IMG/VR virus record: IMGVR_UViG_3300017761_005636
Location: 14,693 to 78,692 of that record
DNA length: 64,000 bases
Source: a virus
Taxonomy: Duplodnaviria; Caudoviricetes
Reading direction: 5' to 3' (one strand)
Position 1 is the stretch's first letter. Every line of letters starts with the position of its first letter. Positions 38,201 to 46,768 of the stretch are shown here, piece after piece. The notes beneath the pieces were generated by a model. The model did no database searches. It was not told where the DNA came from and saw nothing but the letters and a program-made list of their open reading frames with translations. The translations under genes were made by a program, and so were the position numbers.

Positions 38201-39772
38201 AATCCAACTTTAATAAATTCTAAATATCCTGATAGTGGATTATATGTAAAATATTTAAAAAATCTTTTACAAAAATTATCACCATTAATTGCAGATGATG
38301 AAAAGAAATTAAATGATAAGATAGATAAATATAAATCAATGATTTATGATAATGATATTAAATTAGCTGCTTACAAATCTTTTCAAGTAATTTATGAAAA
38401 TTATCTTCATGGTGTATCTGAAAATGAATTCACTTTAAAAGTAAATTCCAATCAAGAAGATAGTTCATTTATTTTTGTTGATAGAGCATATAATGATATA
38501 TCCGACCTTTGTATATTAGATATTAAAACATTAATAGATGAAACCGAAGATAGTAATGCTAATTTACTAACCGCTATTAGTAGAGTATTGAGTGATAATA
38601 ACTTTTGGTTTTATCCTTTTCAAGGATTTTTAACAACAACAAAAAATTATGATGAGTTATTTAAAATAAATTATGATAAGGAAACAGAAGTAAGACCATT
38701 ATTTGTTGCAATGTATGTTGGTGGATTATCAAGTAATCCAAATGCGAATGTAAACTCAACCTTAGAAAATGATGGTATTATGAAAAATAATATACCATCT
38801 GATTTTAAAAAGAAAACTGGTTCATTGAATGCGTTTTTAGTTAAATATACAGGTACACAAAATCAAATGGTTTTTTCAAATTTTGAGCATTCCACAGAAT
38901 CTTTAAAAAATACCGATGAAGGTTTAAGAATTCAATCTGATATTATTAAAAATGGAAGTAATTCATTTTCAATACCAAAAGGACAATCACTATTAACTGT
39001 TTATCAAAAACAAAGTTATTCATCTACAATTAAAATTCCATTCGGTAATATGGGTATTCAACCTACACAATATTATTATGAAGATTTTATACCAATATTT
39101 GAAGGTTTATATATTATTTATAATGTAACACATTCTATTGACGCTGATAATCAAAGACTTGAAACCACATTTAAAGGATATAGACTTAAAAAAGATGTTA
39201 ATCCTATTGTAACACAAGAGTTAGTTGAATTTGGTAAAAATAATGCATATTTAGATGCTCTTGGACAAATTGGCTTCGTTTCTAATAAAACAAATCTAAC
39301 ATCACAAGAAATAGAAATTATTCAAAGAGATACACCTAAAACAGTTAGTGGATATAAAGTTACAAGTGGATTTTTAAGAAACAAAGATGGTAGTTTGCAT
39401 GGTGGTATTGATGTTGGAACACCTACTGGTACATCTATTACATTTACAAACCCTGATACTACATTTGTTACTACTGAGTTTGATGAAGGTGGTTATGGTA
39501 ATTATATTGTTTTAAGGTCTAAGAAAAATAAAGTTGATTTTATATTTGCTCATTTAAAAGAATTTAGTGTAGAATTACAAAAATTAAAAATAGGAGACCC
39601 AGTTCCTATCACAATGATAATAGGTAAAACAGGTAAAACAGGTGGACCAAGAACAATAGGAGCAAGTTATTTTGGACCTCATTTGCATTTTGAAGTTAGA
39701 GAAATGCCTTGGGAAACTAATAAAAAAGTTTCTTATATCCCATATACTAAAAATTTAGTTTTGGGTAAATAA
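35228..39772 (+). CDS. Large baseplate hub/tail protein with C-terminal M23 peptidase
   Basis: N-terminal FGIKSIDIVFD...PQVSVVFYDLRG...FQLPYPVFQLRIKG hub-like region. C-terminal HGGIDVG, GGYGNYIVL, FAHL and GPHLHFEVR are M23 Zn motifs. Confidence 0.8.
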   Translation: MADINFNLIDPNNEILKGTPWYDINSTNPLLADGYKTNGIPRFEDIRSFVEFSMRPKNANYIEITNQRITSNAAISDDNNIILGGYYKRKDSKGNVIQSYYSTNYTDEIMGSNVEQKEYEGFGIKSIDIVFDANKIPQVSVVFYDLRGNVLNDFNSKFAKMFQLPYPVFQLRIKGGFGPLIKFRLQKIKDDISVDESGNFIINSKFIGDKFAPLSDVPLQYLNTVSYFDDKTIDLLDNQIKSFQDLIVSSRRLYEKANQVLESDQENANKEDLKKITEKRSTIFGIYSNISDIIKFKSLFTKETIKETIQTIKPDEINSIINYIAQTTILKDSNKISFVNQTITIDNNNNLVNPPLTETSFYVINKIVINYINTINTNIKSAGFPSTISVFPFKTFTPRIDIAFIPIFLNQINIINNIDFNAIATELKNIDNQIKESAVKGNDELNRKMRALTKQVLGDTKLTIGTVFKFMIDDYNALMKLVKKAGDDGGANNLRFGIDTYDKIGFPKVIDTIDGVGTLIYPGSKPQFQDWPEVKFIEDFIKAYSKALINNELTTLLNSKNEDGSSRYIPINPREVYQLTRDNSPSSDILNEPKNVYFNKSAEEICQLIYERFLILTNINAVITTNDYQSWNNGSQSQTFLGFFKDVFGKLDLSDDDVQKQQFLSTIQIEARNIAYAVAASEQKVKDYFKNLNTNFNDDFLTRNPKDIITKGIINPSNNNLINMGKAYLENIITFGSLDYNYITVASVKPQLINTDGQESDVISIYMKSVTEELKDFDQVKITKDNIFYFPDSLLSEKGNESDYDKVSGFGSVFGLAYQKRDKKKIEIIYQNIGDKVYGCFDVSKFIKNIKTTGLYQVPRGILVILGSILKTYYNTLLSEEKIRQEMYNLNFGNMNIIDDIDTIKIIRNSSFFKYLYEEAEDFEEAFPSYVSTFFRDSNNVFAPNQGFKLTLPQGTIVTPEETDKLIAYMYQKRYVSINDIQATTIYNKNYNPTLINSKYPDSGLYVKYLKNLLQKLSPLIADDEKKLNDKIDKYKSMIYDNDIKLAAYKSFQVIYENYLHGVSENEFTLKVNSNQEDSSFIFVDRAYNDISDLCILDIKTLIDETEDSNANLLTAISRVLSDNNFWFYPFQGFLTTTKNYDELFKINYDKETEVRPLFVAMYVGGLSSNPNANVNSTLENDGIMKNNIPSDFKKKTGSLNAFLVKYTGTQNQMVFSNFEHSTESLKNTDEGLRIQSDIIKNGSNSFSIPKGQSLLTVYQKQSYSSTIKIPFGNMGIQPTQYYYEDFIPIFEGLYIIYNVTHSIDADNQRLETTFKGYRLKKDVNPIVTQELVEFGKNNAYLDALGQIGFVSNKTNLTSQEIEIIQRDTPKTVSGYKVTSGFLRNKDGSLHGGIDVGTPTGTSITFTNPDTTFVTTEFDEGGYGNYIVLRSKKNKVDFIFAHLKEFSVELQKLKIGDPVPITMIIGKTGKTGGPRTIGASYFGPHLHFEVREMPWETNKKVSYIPYTKNLVLGK

Positions 39773-39814
39773 AACTACGGCAAATGTAAAAACTTGCCGT
39801 ATATTTGTGCAATT

Positions 39815-40453
39815 ATGAAATTAGCCTATCTGTACGGAATTGAACCAACAAATCCGTATCTGTCCACTTATTCTCATTATCCCTTGACAAAGAAATTTTC
39901 ATTTGTTGATGAGATTTTAGATGACAAACCCCTGCTTATTGTGGGGATTAAAAAGGCTAGAGAACTTTATCCAAATCAGATTGACTTAGATAAGAACCAC
40001 ATTGAAAAAAATATTTATTGGTGTTATTCACCTGAAGAATATCTTTCAGAATTCTTAAAAAAATATGAAGAATTTATTTTAAATATACATAATTCATATT
40101 TAGATTTTTTAGATTTTGAAATTATTGATTTGTTTTTTAAGAATATCAATGAAGATGGAAAATTAATTGATTTTTTGAATGATTCTAATATTGATAATTA
40201 TTATCAATTAAATAAGATGCTTTATTGTTATTCAAAATCAAATAATAAAATTTATATAATAAATATTAATGAGTTTGTTTGGTTTGACAAATTAAAAATT
40301 AACTTTTTATATGATTTTTTAAGTGATAAACAATACCATAATGATTCAGAATTAAAAATTAGTAATTATTTTACTAATTTATTTCATAATCAAGATACTT
40401 TCTTTGTTGAGAAAACAATTCCGTATTTTATTTTTATAAATCTATCTAAATAG
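39815..40453 (+). CDS. Hypothetical protein
   Basis: ATG at 39815, 7 nt after a TATATTTG (-7-like) element at 39800-39807. Confidence 0.55.
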   Translation: MKLAYLYGIEPTNPYLSTYSHYPLTKKFSFVDEILDDKPLLIVGIKKARELYPNQIDLDKNHIEKNIYWCYSPEEYLSEFLKKYEEFILNIHNSYLDFLDFEIIDLFFKNINEDGKLIDFLNDSNIDNYYQLNKMLYCYSKSNNKIYIININEFVWFDKLKINFLYDFLSDKQYHNDSELKISNYFTNLFHNQDTFFVEKTIPYFIFINLSK

Positions 40454-40476
40454 ATACTAATTATAAGAAAAGAAAT

Positions 40477-40677
40477 ATGGAAAATATAGATTTAAACAAA
40501 AAACTTTCTGATATTATTTCTTCAAAAGACAATAATGAATTGGTGGATACCAATGAAGAACAACAAGTAACTATAAAAGTGATTGATGGTTTATTTGAAC
40601 ATGCAGAAGTTATTAATAAGAAATTTGTAACAACTGATGGCAGACAACTATTAAAAGAAGTAAGATTTGAACAGTAA
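40477..40677 (+). CDS. Small hypothetical protein
   Basis: 66 aa; ACTAATTATA motif variant at 40456-40465; tightly packed with the next ORF. Confidence 0.55.
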   Translation: MENIDLNKKLSDIISSKDNNELVDTNEEQQVTIKVIDGLFEHAEVINKKFVTTDGRQLLKEVRFEQ

Positions 40678-40679
40678 TT

Positions 40680-41345
40680 ATGAGAATCAGAGAAAAGAAA
40701 AATCAATCATATGACCGTTTTAGATATTTACTTGAGTTTCAGGTAAAAAGGGGCAATGTTATAGAACAAGAAGAGCCTGAAACAGAAACAAGTGGAGATA
40801 TCTTTGACCAAATATCAGGCGCAATGGATGGCAGACAACCTGTTGCACCTGCATCTGTTGATGCAGAACAACCTATTTCAGATGAAGTGGTTGCTGATGT
40901 GGATGTAAATGATAACCAAACATTTGAAGATACAGCAAGTGATTTATTAAAAATTCATGCATCTAAAATTGATAACTTAACTCAATACATTAATGATTCT
41001 GTTAATATACTTAAAGTTTTATCACAAAAAACTAATGATATTACATCAAATGTTGATGAGATGGGTAATAAAATAGGTGAATTAAATCAAAGAGTTGATA
41101 AACTAACACCTCCAACACCTCTTGAGTCTTTAAATCAAATGGTTAAGAATACAACAGGAGGGCAATCAATTGAAGATTATTGGAATGACTATTTTAGAAA
41201 ACATGGTAGGGCTGATATGGTAAATGGTTCTATTTATTACAATGATAAACAATATGATGAAAATGAAAAAGGTATGACATCAGGTGTTTATAGAACTCCT
41301 GAAATAAGCGACAATCAAATTAAAGACATAATCAAAAATTCATAA
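40680..41345 (+). CDS. Hypothetical acidic/coiled-coil protein (possibly head-associated)
   Basis: Acidic low-complexity linker followed by a coiled coil; operon-packed. Confidence 0.55.
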   Translation: MRIREKKNQSYDRFRYLLEFQVKRGNVIEQEEPETETSGDIFDQISGAMDGRQPVAPASVDAEQPISDEVVADVDVNDNQTFEDTASDLLKIHASKIDNLTQYINDSVNILKVLSQKTNDITSNVDEMGNKIGELNQRVDKLTPPTPLESLNQMVKNTTGGQSIEDYWNDYFRKHGRADMVNGSIYYNDKQYDENEKGMTSGVYRTPEISDNQIKDIIKNS

Positions 41346-43324
41346 TGATTCTTAGGTCATATTTTAAAAAACAAGCAACATTAATAAGAAATTCTTTTAC
41401 TAATAGTTCAAGAAATCCTGTATTTGAACTATCATATGGTGGTACAAACAATTCAGCTACCACATATGTTAGTCGCTATGTTTTTAATGTAGACCTAGAC
41501 AATTTAATTTCAAAAATAACAAGCAATACAATTAATCAAAGTACTGTTCAATCTCATATTTTAAAAATTAAAAATTGCATTTCTTTAAATGATGGTTATA
41601 TTGGTGTTGACCTTATTACATCAAAAAGAGCAAGTGGTTTTGATTTAGCATTTATTAAATTAAACGAATCCTTTGATGAAGGAACAGGTTATGATTATAT
41701 TTATAATGATTCTCAATATAGAGAAGTTGAATTAAATAAATCATCAGCCAATTGGTATAATAGAAAAAATCCACAAATTACTTGGACACAACCAGGTGTT
41801 TTCTTATATGATACTGATTATATTGATGATATAATAACATTAACAGGTATCACAACAGGAAATACACCAAATCAATTCATTGATGGTGATTTTGGAACTT
41901 TTGAAACAAATATATCAGGTATAACTAGTAATACACTTAATACTATATTAACATCATCAACATTATATAAATATAGTGGAAGCAGTTCACTATTATTAAA
42001 AAATTCTGACCCATTAAATTACTCTTTTAATTCACCAACAAATACTCTTTTTACATTTACAACACCTTTAAGTATATCAGCTAATACAACATCAAGTACA
42101 ATATATTCATTATCTGGTAAATTTTTAGATTTAAATAGTTACACATGTAATTATAAAAGTATTTATCTTGATTTATCACCTAGTTTAGATAGTGGTATAA
42201 CATTAAATTCAAACATTGAATATAATTCATCATCAAGTGCAGCAACATGGAATACATTATCAAAAATATTTACAGTTCCTAGTGGATTTACAGGAAATAC
42301 ATCTTATAAATTATCCGTAAAGATAGATGGAACAAGTGGAGTTAGTGATAATTATAATTTCTTTTTTGATAATTTTGATTTTTCAACAATAGTTAAAACA
42401 TCATATACATTTACAACAGCAGCAACAAATTTATCAATATTAACAACACAAAGATTTGAAATTGGTAATGAAGATATTGAAGTTGACATTACCAATTATG
42501 TAAATGGTATATTATTTTCAGGACAACCAAATAATGGTATATGTATTGCTTATTCAGCAAATACAGAGTCATTAACACCAATCACAAAAAATGTTGTCAC
42601 ATTCTTTTCTAAGTATACTCAAACATTTTTTGAACCATTCTTAGAAACAAGTTATGATGACAGAGTAAATGATGAACTTTGTTGTATGAACTTTGATGTA
42701 CCAAATGATTTCTTTTTTGTTTCTCAATCACCTATAACTTCAGTAAATAAATTTGAAATAGTAGATTCAGATGATTTAGTTTATTCAAGTATAACATCAT
42801 TTACACAACTTAATAATTTTAATTACAAAGTTTCTGCCACAATTGATTCTGAAAATTATCAAGACCAAGAAATATTTACATACAAATGGTATTATATTCA
42901 AAATGGTAAATACAAAATTCTTGAAAAACAATTTAATATATCTAAAATAGACCTAAATGATGGTATGTCTTTAACATATAGTACAGAAGTATTTATAAAT
43001 GTTTTAGGTATTAAATCAAATGAAATTATAACAAAAAAAGTTGGTGTAAAAAGATTAATTTTCAAACCAAAAAGTTTAATCCAATCAAGAATATTAAAAA
43101 ATATAGTTGGTGACATTGAATTTAGAATTTATGTCAATCAAGGAAAGAATCAGATTGATGTAATTCCCTTTACAAAGGCTTCAAAAGTCAATGATGAATA
43201 TTTTACCGAAATTGATTTTTCTTGGTTCATTTCTCACGATTACACAATAGAAATCAGAGGTTTAGACAGAAATGGTGTTCAATATCCGAACACGAATTAT
43301 GTTAAATTTAGAGTGACAAATTAA
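41345..43324 (+). CDS. Virion structural protein with putative carbohydrate-binding insertion
   Basis: Ser/Thr-rich, with a central NQFIDGDFGTFE...YSGSSSLLL...FFFDNFDF jelly-roll-like segment. Confidence 0.55.
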   Translation: MILRSYFKKQATLIRNSFTNSSRNPVFELSYGGTNNSATTYVSRYVFNVDLDNLISKITSNTINQSTVQSHILKIKNCISLNDGYIGVDLITSKRASGFDLAFIKLNESFDEGTGYDYIYNDSQYREVELNKSSANWYNRKNPQITWTQPGVFLYDTDYIDDIITLTGITTGNTPNQFIDGDFGTFETNISGITSNTLNTILTSSTLYKYSGSSSLLLKNSDPLNYSFNSPTNTLFTFTTPLSISANTTSSTIYSLSGKFLDLNSYTCNYKSIYLDLSPSLDSGITLNSNIEYNSSSSAATWNTLSKIFTVPSGFTGNTSYKLSVKIDGTSGVSDNYNFFFDNFDFSTIVKTSYTFTTAATNLSILTTQRFEIGNEDIEVDITNYVNGILFSGQPNNGICIAYSANTESLTPITKNVVTFFSKYTQTFFEPFLETSYDDRVNDELCCMNFDVPNDFFFVSQSPITSVNKFEIVDSDDLVYSSITSFTQLNNFNYKVSATIDSENYQDQEIFTYKWYYIQNGKYKILEKQFNISKIDLNDGMSLTYSTEVFINVLGIKSNEIITKKVGVKRLIFKPKSLIQSRILKNIVGDIEFRIYVNQGKNQIDVIPFTKASKVNDEYFTEIDFSWFISHDYTIEIRGLDRNGVQYPNTNYVKFRVTN

Positions 43325-43352
43325 ATTTTTTATTTTTTTTCACCAAAATTCG

Positions 43353-43362
43353 ACTATTTATA
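43353..43362 (+). promoter_or_regulatory. ACTATTTATA motif upstream of the SSB-like gene
   Basis: Exact motif copy in the intergenic region, 73 nt before ATG 43426. Confidence 0.5.
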
Positions 43363-43425
43363 AATGAAACACATATATTTGTTTTAACAATAAATTTTTA
43401 TTAACATTTAAAATTTTTTAACATT

Positions 43426-44277
43426 ATGGGATTTGAATCATCCGAAAGAAAAATAAAGACATATATGTCTTTAGGAACAACAAAAACAAATGACAATAAA
43501 GTACTTTCAAAGTTCTTTGTCATTACCAAGAAGAATAGCCAAGGTCAGTATGAAAAACTACCTATGCTTGACTCAACCAACTACCCAAAACCTTTTTATG
43601 GGTTTTTAACAAGGATTACACCACTACTTGATAATACAATTACAAGAACAGATGGAACAAGAATCCCTTCACCAAAAATAAACTTTGAATTTACAGATGA
43701 TTGCGGTGAAATCTATGTATTGGACATTCCATTTATAACTCAAGATAAAAGAGTGTCTCCACAAATCTTTGGCTTTATTAATTCTCTTGCTGATTTAGCC
43801 GAAAAAAAGAAACTTGGATACATTAAAATGTTTATTAACCAAGCTGCCGATAAAAATGACGTAAAAAGATTTAATCTTTCTTTAAGATGTTCTACACAAT
43901 GGACAGCAGGTAGTAAAAACTTTGGTATCTTTCAAGAAGATATAACTAAAGTTGATTGGAAATACAATGCAAAAGATATTCCATCATTTGAAGTAACTAA
44001 AACAGTTGATGGTGAAATGGTAACTATTGACAATAGAAAAAAACAACAAGATTTCTTTTTGAAAGAAATTGAAGTTATCAATAAAGCAATTAGTGAGGCT
44101 AAATACGATATTGGTGAGAATTCATCAGCATCTATGAATAATGCAATCACACCATCAGTCATATATGATGACGATGATGACACTAGTGCTGATTTTGAAA
44201 TGACAACATCATCTACAAAAGATACTAGTCCTGTATCAGTCAGTAGTGACGATGAAGATGATGACCTTCCCTTCTAG
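43426..44277 (+). CDS. Putative single-stranded DNA-binding protein
   Basis: Acidic tail ending DDEDDDLPF (SSB C-terminal signature); first gene of the RecA-exonuclease-helicase block. Confidence 0.65.
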   Translation: MGFESSERKIKTYMSLGTTKTNDNKVLSKFFVITKKNSQGQYEKLPMLDSTNYPKPFYGFLTRITPLLDNTITRTDGTRIPSPKINFEFTDDCGEIYVLDIPFITQDKRVSPQIFGFINSLADLAEKKKLGYIKMFINQAADKNDVKRFNLSLRCSTQWTAGSKNFGIFQEDITKVDWKYNAKDIPSFEVTKTVDGEMVTIDNRKKQQDFFLKEIEVINKAISEAKYDIGENSSASMNNAITPSVIYDDDDDTSADFEMTTSSTKDTSPVSVSSDDEDDDLPF

Positions 44278-44349
44278 TTAAGGGTTTTTAAGGATACAGC
44301 ACAATAAGTCTAACTCCCCTCTTACTTATTGTTGTTGTATCCTTTTTTT
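44269..44349 (+). terminator. Tandem hairpins with U-tracts between the SSB-like gene and recA
   Basis: Short ccctt/aaggg stem plus T5 overlapping the stop codon. It is followed by an about 20-bp stem (44290-44309 with 44324-44344) with a 14-nt loop and a T7 run. Confidence 0.75.
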
Positions 44350-44378
44350 ATGTACAATAATTAAAATAATTAAATATC

Positions 44379-45437
44379 ATGGGTAGAACTTTAATAAACG
44401 ATTCCGAAGAAAAAAAACCAATCAAAAAGAAAGAGTTTTCATTAGCAGATTTTAAACAAAAGTTTAAAATTAATGATGAAGATGTAAAACCATTATCTTG
44501 GTTACCAATGGGTAGTGCTTATCAAGAAGTCATTGGTCTTGAAGGTATACCACGTTGTGAATTAACATTGGTAAGAGGATATTCAGATACAGGTAAATCA
44601 ACATTTGTATATGCAGCAGCAGTTTCTGGTCAACAAAATGGTGAACTACCAATTATCATTGATACTGAAAACGCAATGAAGAAAGACCACCTTACAAAAA
44701 TGGGTTTTGACTTTGATTTGCCTCATCTATATGTTGATACTGATTATTTACTTCAAAATTACGGTAAAAAATATAATAAAGAATTTAAAGAATCGTCCAT
44801 TGAGGATATTTCAGAATTCATGCATGATATATTAGATGCACAAGAAAAAGATGAACTTCAAATGGATGTCGTATTCTGTATTGACTCATTTGGTTCAAGT
44901 GATTGTAGAAAAACATTATCCGCAAAAGAGAAAGATAAAGAAGCAAATAATATGTGGAATGCAGGTGCAATGGAACAATGTTTTAAAGGTATTTTCCATC
45001 AAAGAATTCCATCCACAAGAAAAGTAAGTAAAAAATATACAGCAACCGCTATTGGTGTTCAAAAGATTTGGTTTGATTCACAAGCAGGTGGACAAGGTGT
45101 TGTTAGACATAAAGGTGGTGAATCAGCATATTCAGTTGCTAGATTAATCATTCACGTTGGTGGTGTAAAAACTAGAGGTGTTGAAAAGATTAATATCACT
45201 AAGAATAAAAAAGTAACCTCACTTGGTATTCTAGCACCTGTAAAAGTTGCAAAGAATCACGTTTCAAATATTTCTTTTGAAGGTAAGATTTTATCAACAA
45301 GTTATGGGCTTGTATTGGAATCAGAACTTGAAGAGTTCAAAAAGAATCACTTGTCCGAATTGCTTTCCGAAATCGGTGAAGATGGTGATGATGATGTTCA
45401 ATTGGTACGCATTCAAGATAATTCTAAAGAAGAATAA
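44379..45437 (+). CDS. recA: RecA/UvsX recombinase
   Basis: GIPRCELTLVRGYSDTGKST Walker A, IIDTENA, FCIDSFG Walker B, KGGES and KNHV. Confidence 0.9.
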   Translation: MGRTLINDSEEKKPIKKKEFSLADFKQKFKINDEDVKPLSWLPMGSAYQEVIGLEGIPRCELTLVRGYSDTGKSTFVYAAAVSGQQNGELPIIIDTENAMKKDHLTKMGFDFDLPHLYVDTDYLLQNYGKKYNKEFKESSIEDISEFMHDILDAQEKDELQMDVVFCIDSFGSSDCRKTLSAKEKDKEANNMWNAGAMEQCFKGIFHQRIPSTRKVSKKYTATAIGVQKIWFDSQAGGQGVVRHKGGESAYSVARLIIHVGGVKTRGVEKINITKNKKVTSLGILAPVKVAKNHVSNISFEGKILSTSYGLVLESELEEFKKNHLSELLSEIGEDGDDDVQLVRIQDNSKEE

Positions 45438-45667
45438 TGAATAAAGAACAACTAGAAGAAGAATTAGAAAAGTTCAAAAATGTTGATTATCGCATAGATA
45501 ATGAAGGTTTAGAATATTGTTTTGTAAATTATTCAACTTTTTCAGAAATTAAAGATAAACAATTTCATAAATTAAGGGTACAATTACTCCTATCAATTTA
45601 TAAAATGAAGGGATATGTTAGTGACAAAATAAATGAACTTGAATCTTCTTTAGAAGATAATGAATAA
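45437..45667 (+). CDS. Hypothetical protein
   Basis: 76 aa, with TAATG-style coupling on both sides. Confidence 0.6.
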   Translation: MNKEQLEEELEKFKNVDYRIDNEGLEYCFVNYSTFSEIKDKQFHKLRVQLLLSIYKMKGYVSDKINELESSLEDNE

Positions 45668-46746
45668 TGGTAAGTAAATTCCCTATAAATACATTATTAA
45701 TTGATGGAAACTACCTTTTAAAACGGTCTTTTAATGGTGCTAAACACACATTTAATGGAACTCGTCACATTGGTGGTCTCTATCAATTCATAATGCAAAC
45801 CCGAAGTCTTGTCCGTTCTCAAAATATTAATAAAGTTGTTGTATTTTGGGATGGAGAGAACGGTGGTAAACTCAGATATGATATTTATAGAGAATATAAA
45901 GCAAATCGTGAAGGAAAAGAATGGTATAAAAAGATTGATTTGACCCCTTATGAACTCAGAAAACAACAGCAGGAGAAAGAATCATATCTTTGGCAGATGG
46001 TTAGAGTAAAAAACTATCTTGAGGAATTATTTATAAGACAAGTTCAGGTTGACCAAATTGAATCAGATGACATGATTGCATATTATTGTCAAAAGTATCA
46101 TGATAAAGAGAATATAACTATTTACACTAACGATAGAGATATTTGTCAACTTCTTGAATATGATAATGTATCTGTTTATCTTGCTAATTTAAAACAGAAT
46201 GTTACCAAAAAAAATTACTATCTTCTTTTCAAACATCACTATAGTAATCTCACAGTTATTAAAACTATGTGTGGGGATGATTCTGATAATATTAGTGGTA
46301 TTGATGGTTTGGGCGAAAACACTCTTCTCAAGCATTTTCCAAAGATTCAAACTCAAAAAGTCAAAGCAGCAACTATTATTAGAGAAGCAAGAGAAATAAA
46401 TGAACAACGAATCACCAATAAAAAGAAACCTCTTAAAGTTCTTGAAAATATTGTTGAAGGCGTTTTCAAAACATATGGTAAGATAGGTTTAGAACAATAT
46501 AAATTAAATTATAAAATAATTAATTTGCTTGAACCATTTCTTACAAAAGAAGCAATGGCAGAATTAGTACTTGTAGCAGAAGAACCATTAGACCCAAATG
46601 GTAGAGGTGAAGAGAATTTATTAAAAATGATGACAGAAGATGCATATCTTGAAAATTATAATGCAGATTTTTTAAGATTTCATGAACCCTTTTACCCCGT
46701 TATTTTAAGAGAAAAAGATTTTTTTAAAAAAAAATCATATATTTGA
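45667..46746 (+). CDS. 5'-3' exonuclease / flap endonuclease (PolI-N / T4 RNase H-like)
   Basis: LLIDGNY, VFWDG, YKANR, ESDDMIA, TNDRD and GDDSDNISGIDGLGENT (H3TH). Confidence 0.92.
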   Translation: MVSKFPINTLLIDGNYLLKRSFNGAKHTFNGTRHIGGLYQFIMQTRSLVRSQNINKVVVFWDGENGGKLRYDIYREYKANREGKEWYKKIDLTPYELRKQQQEKESYLWQMVRVKNYLEELFIRQVQVDQIESDDMIAYYCQKYHDKENITIYTNDRDICQLLEYDNVSVYLANLKQNVTKKNYYLLFKHHYSNLTVIKTMCGDDSDNISGIDGLGENTLLKHFPKIQTQKVKAATIIREAREINEQRITNKKKPLKVLENIVEGVFKTYGKIGLEQYKLNYKIINLLEPFLTKEAMAELVLVAEEPLDPNGRGEENLLKMMTEDAYLENYNADFLRFHEPFYPVILREKDFFKKKSYI

Positions 46747-46768
46747 ATAAAGCTAAGTGATTTTTAAA

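Noticed and set aside
39776-39801. Inverted repeat TACGGCAA...TTGCCGTA after the hub gene as a special regulatory RNA
   Set aside because: It has an 8-bp stem and no clear U-tract. It is most simply a weak terminator overlapping the next gene's -7-like element, so it is not reported as a separate feature.
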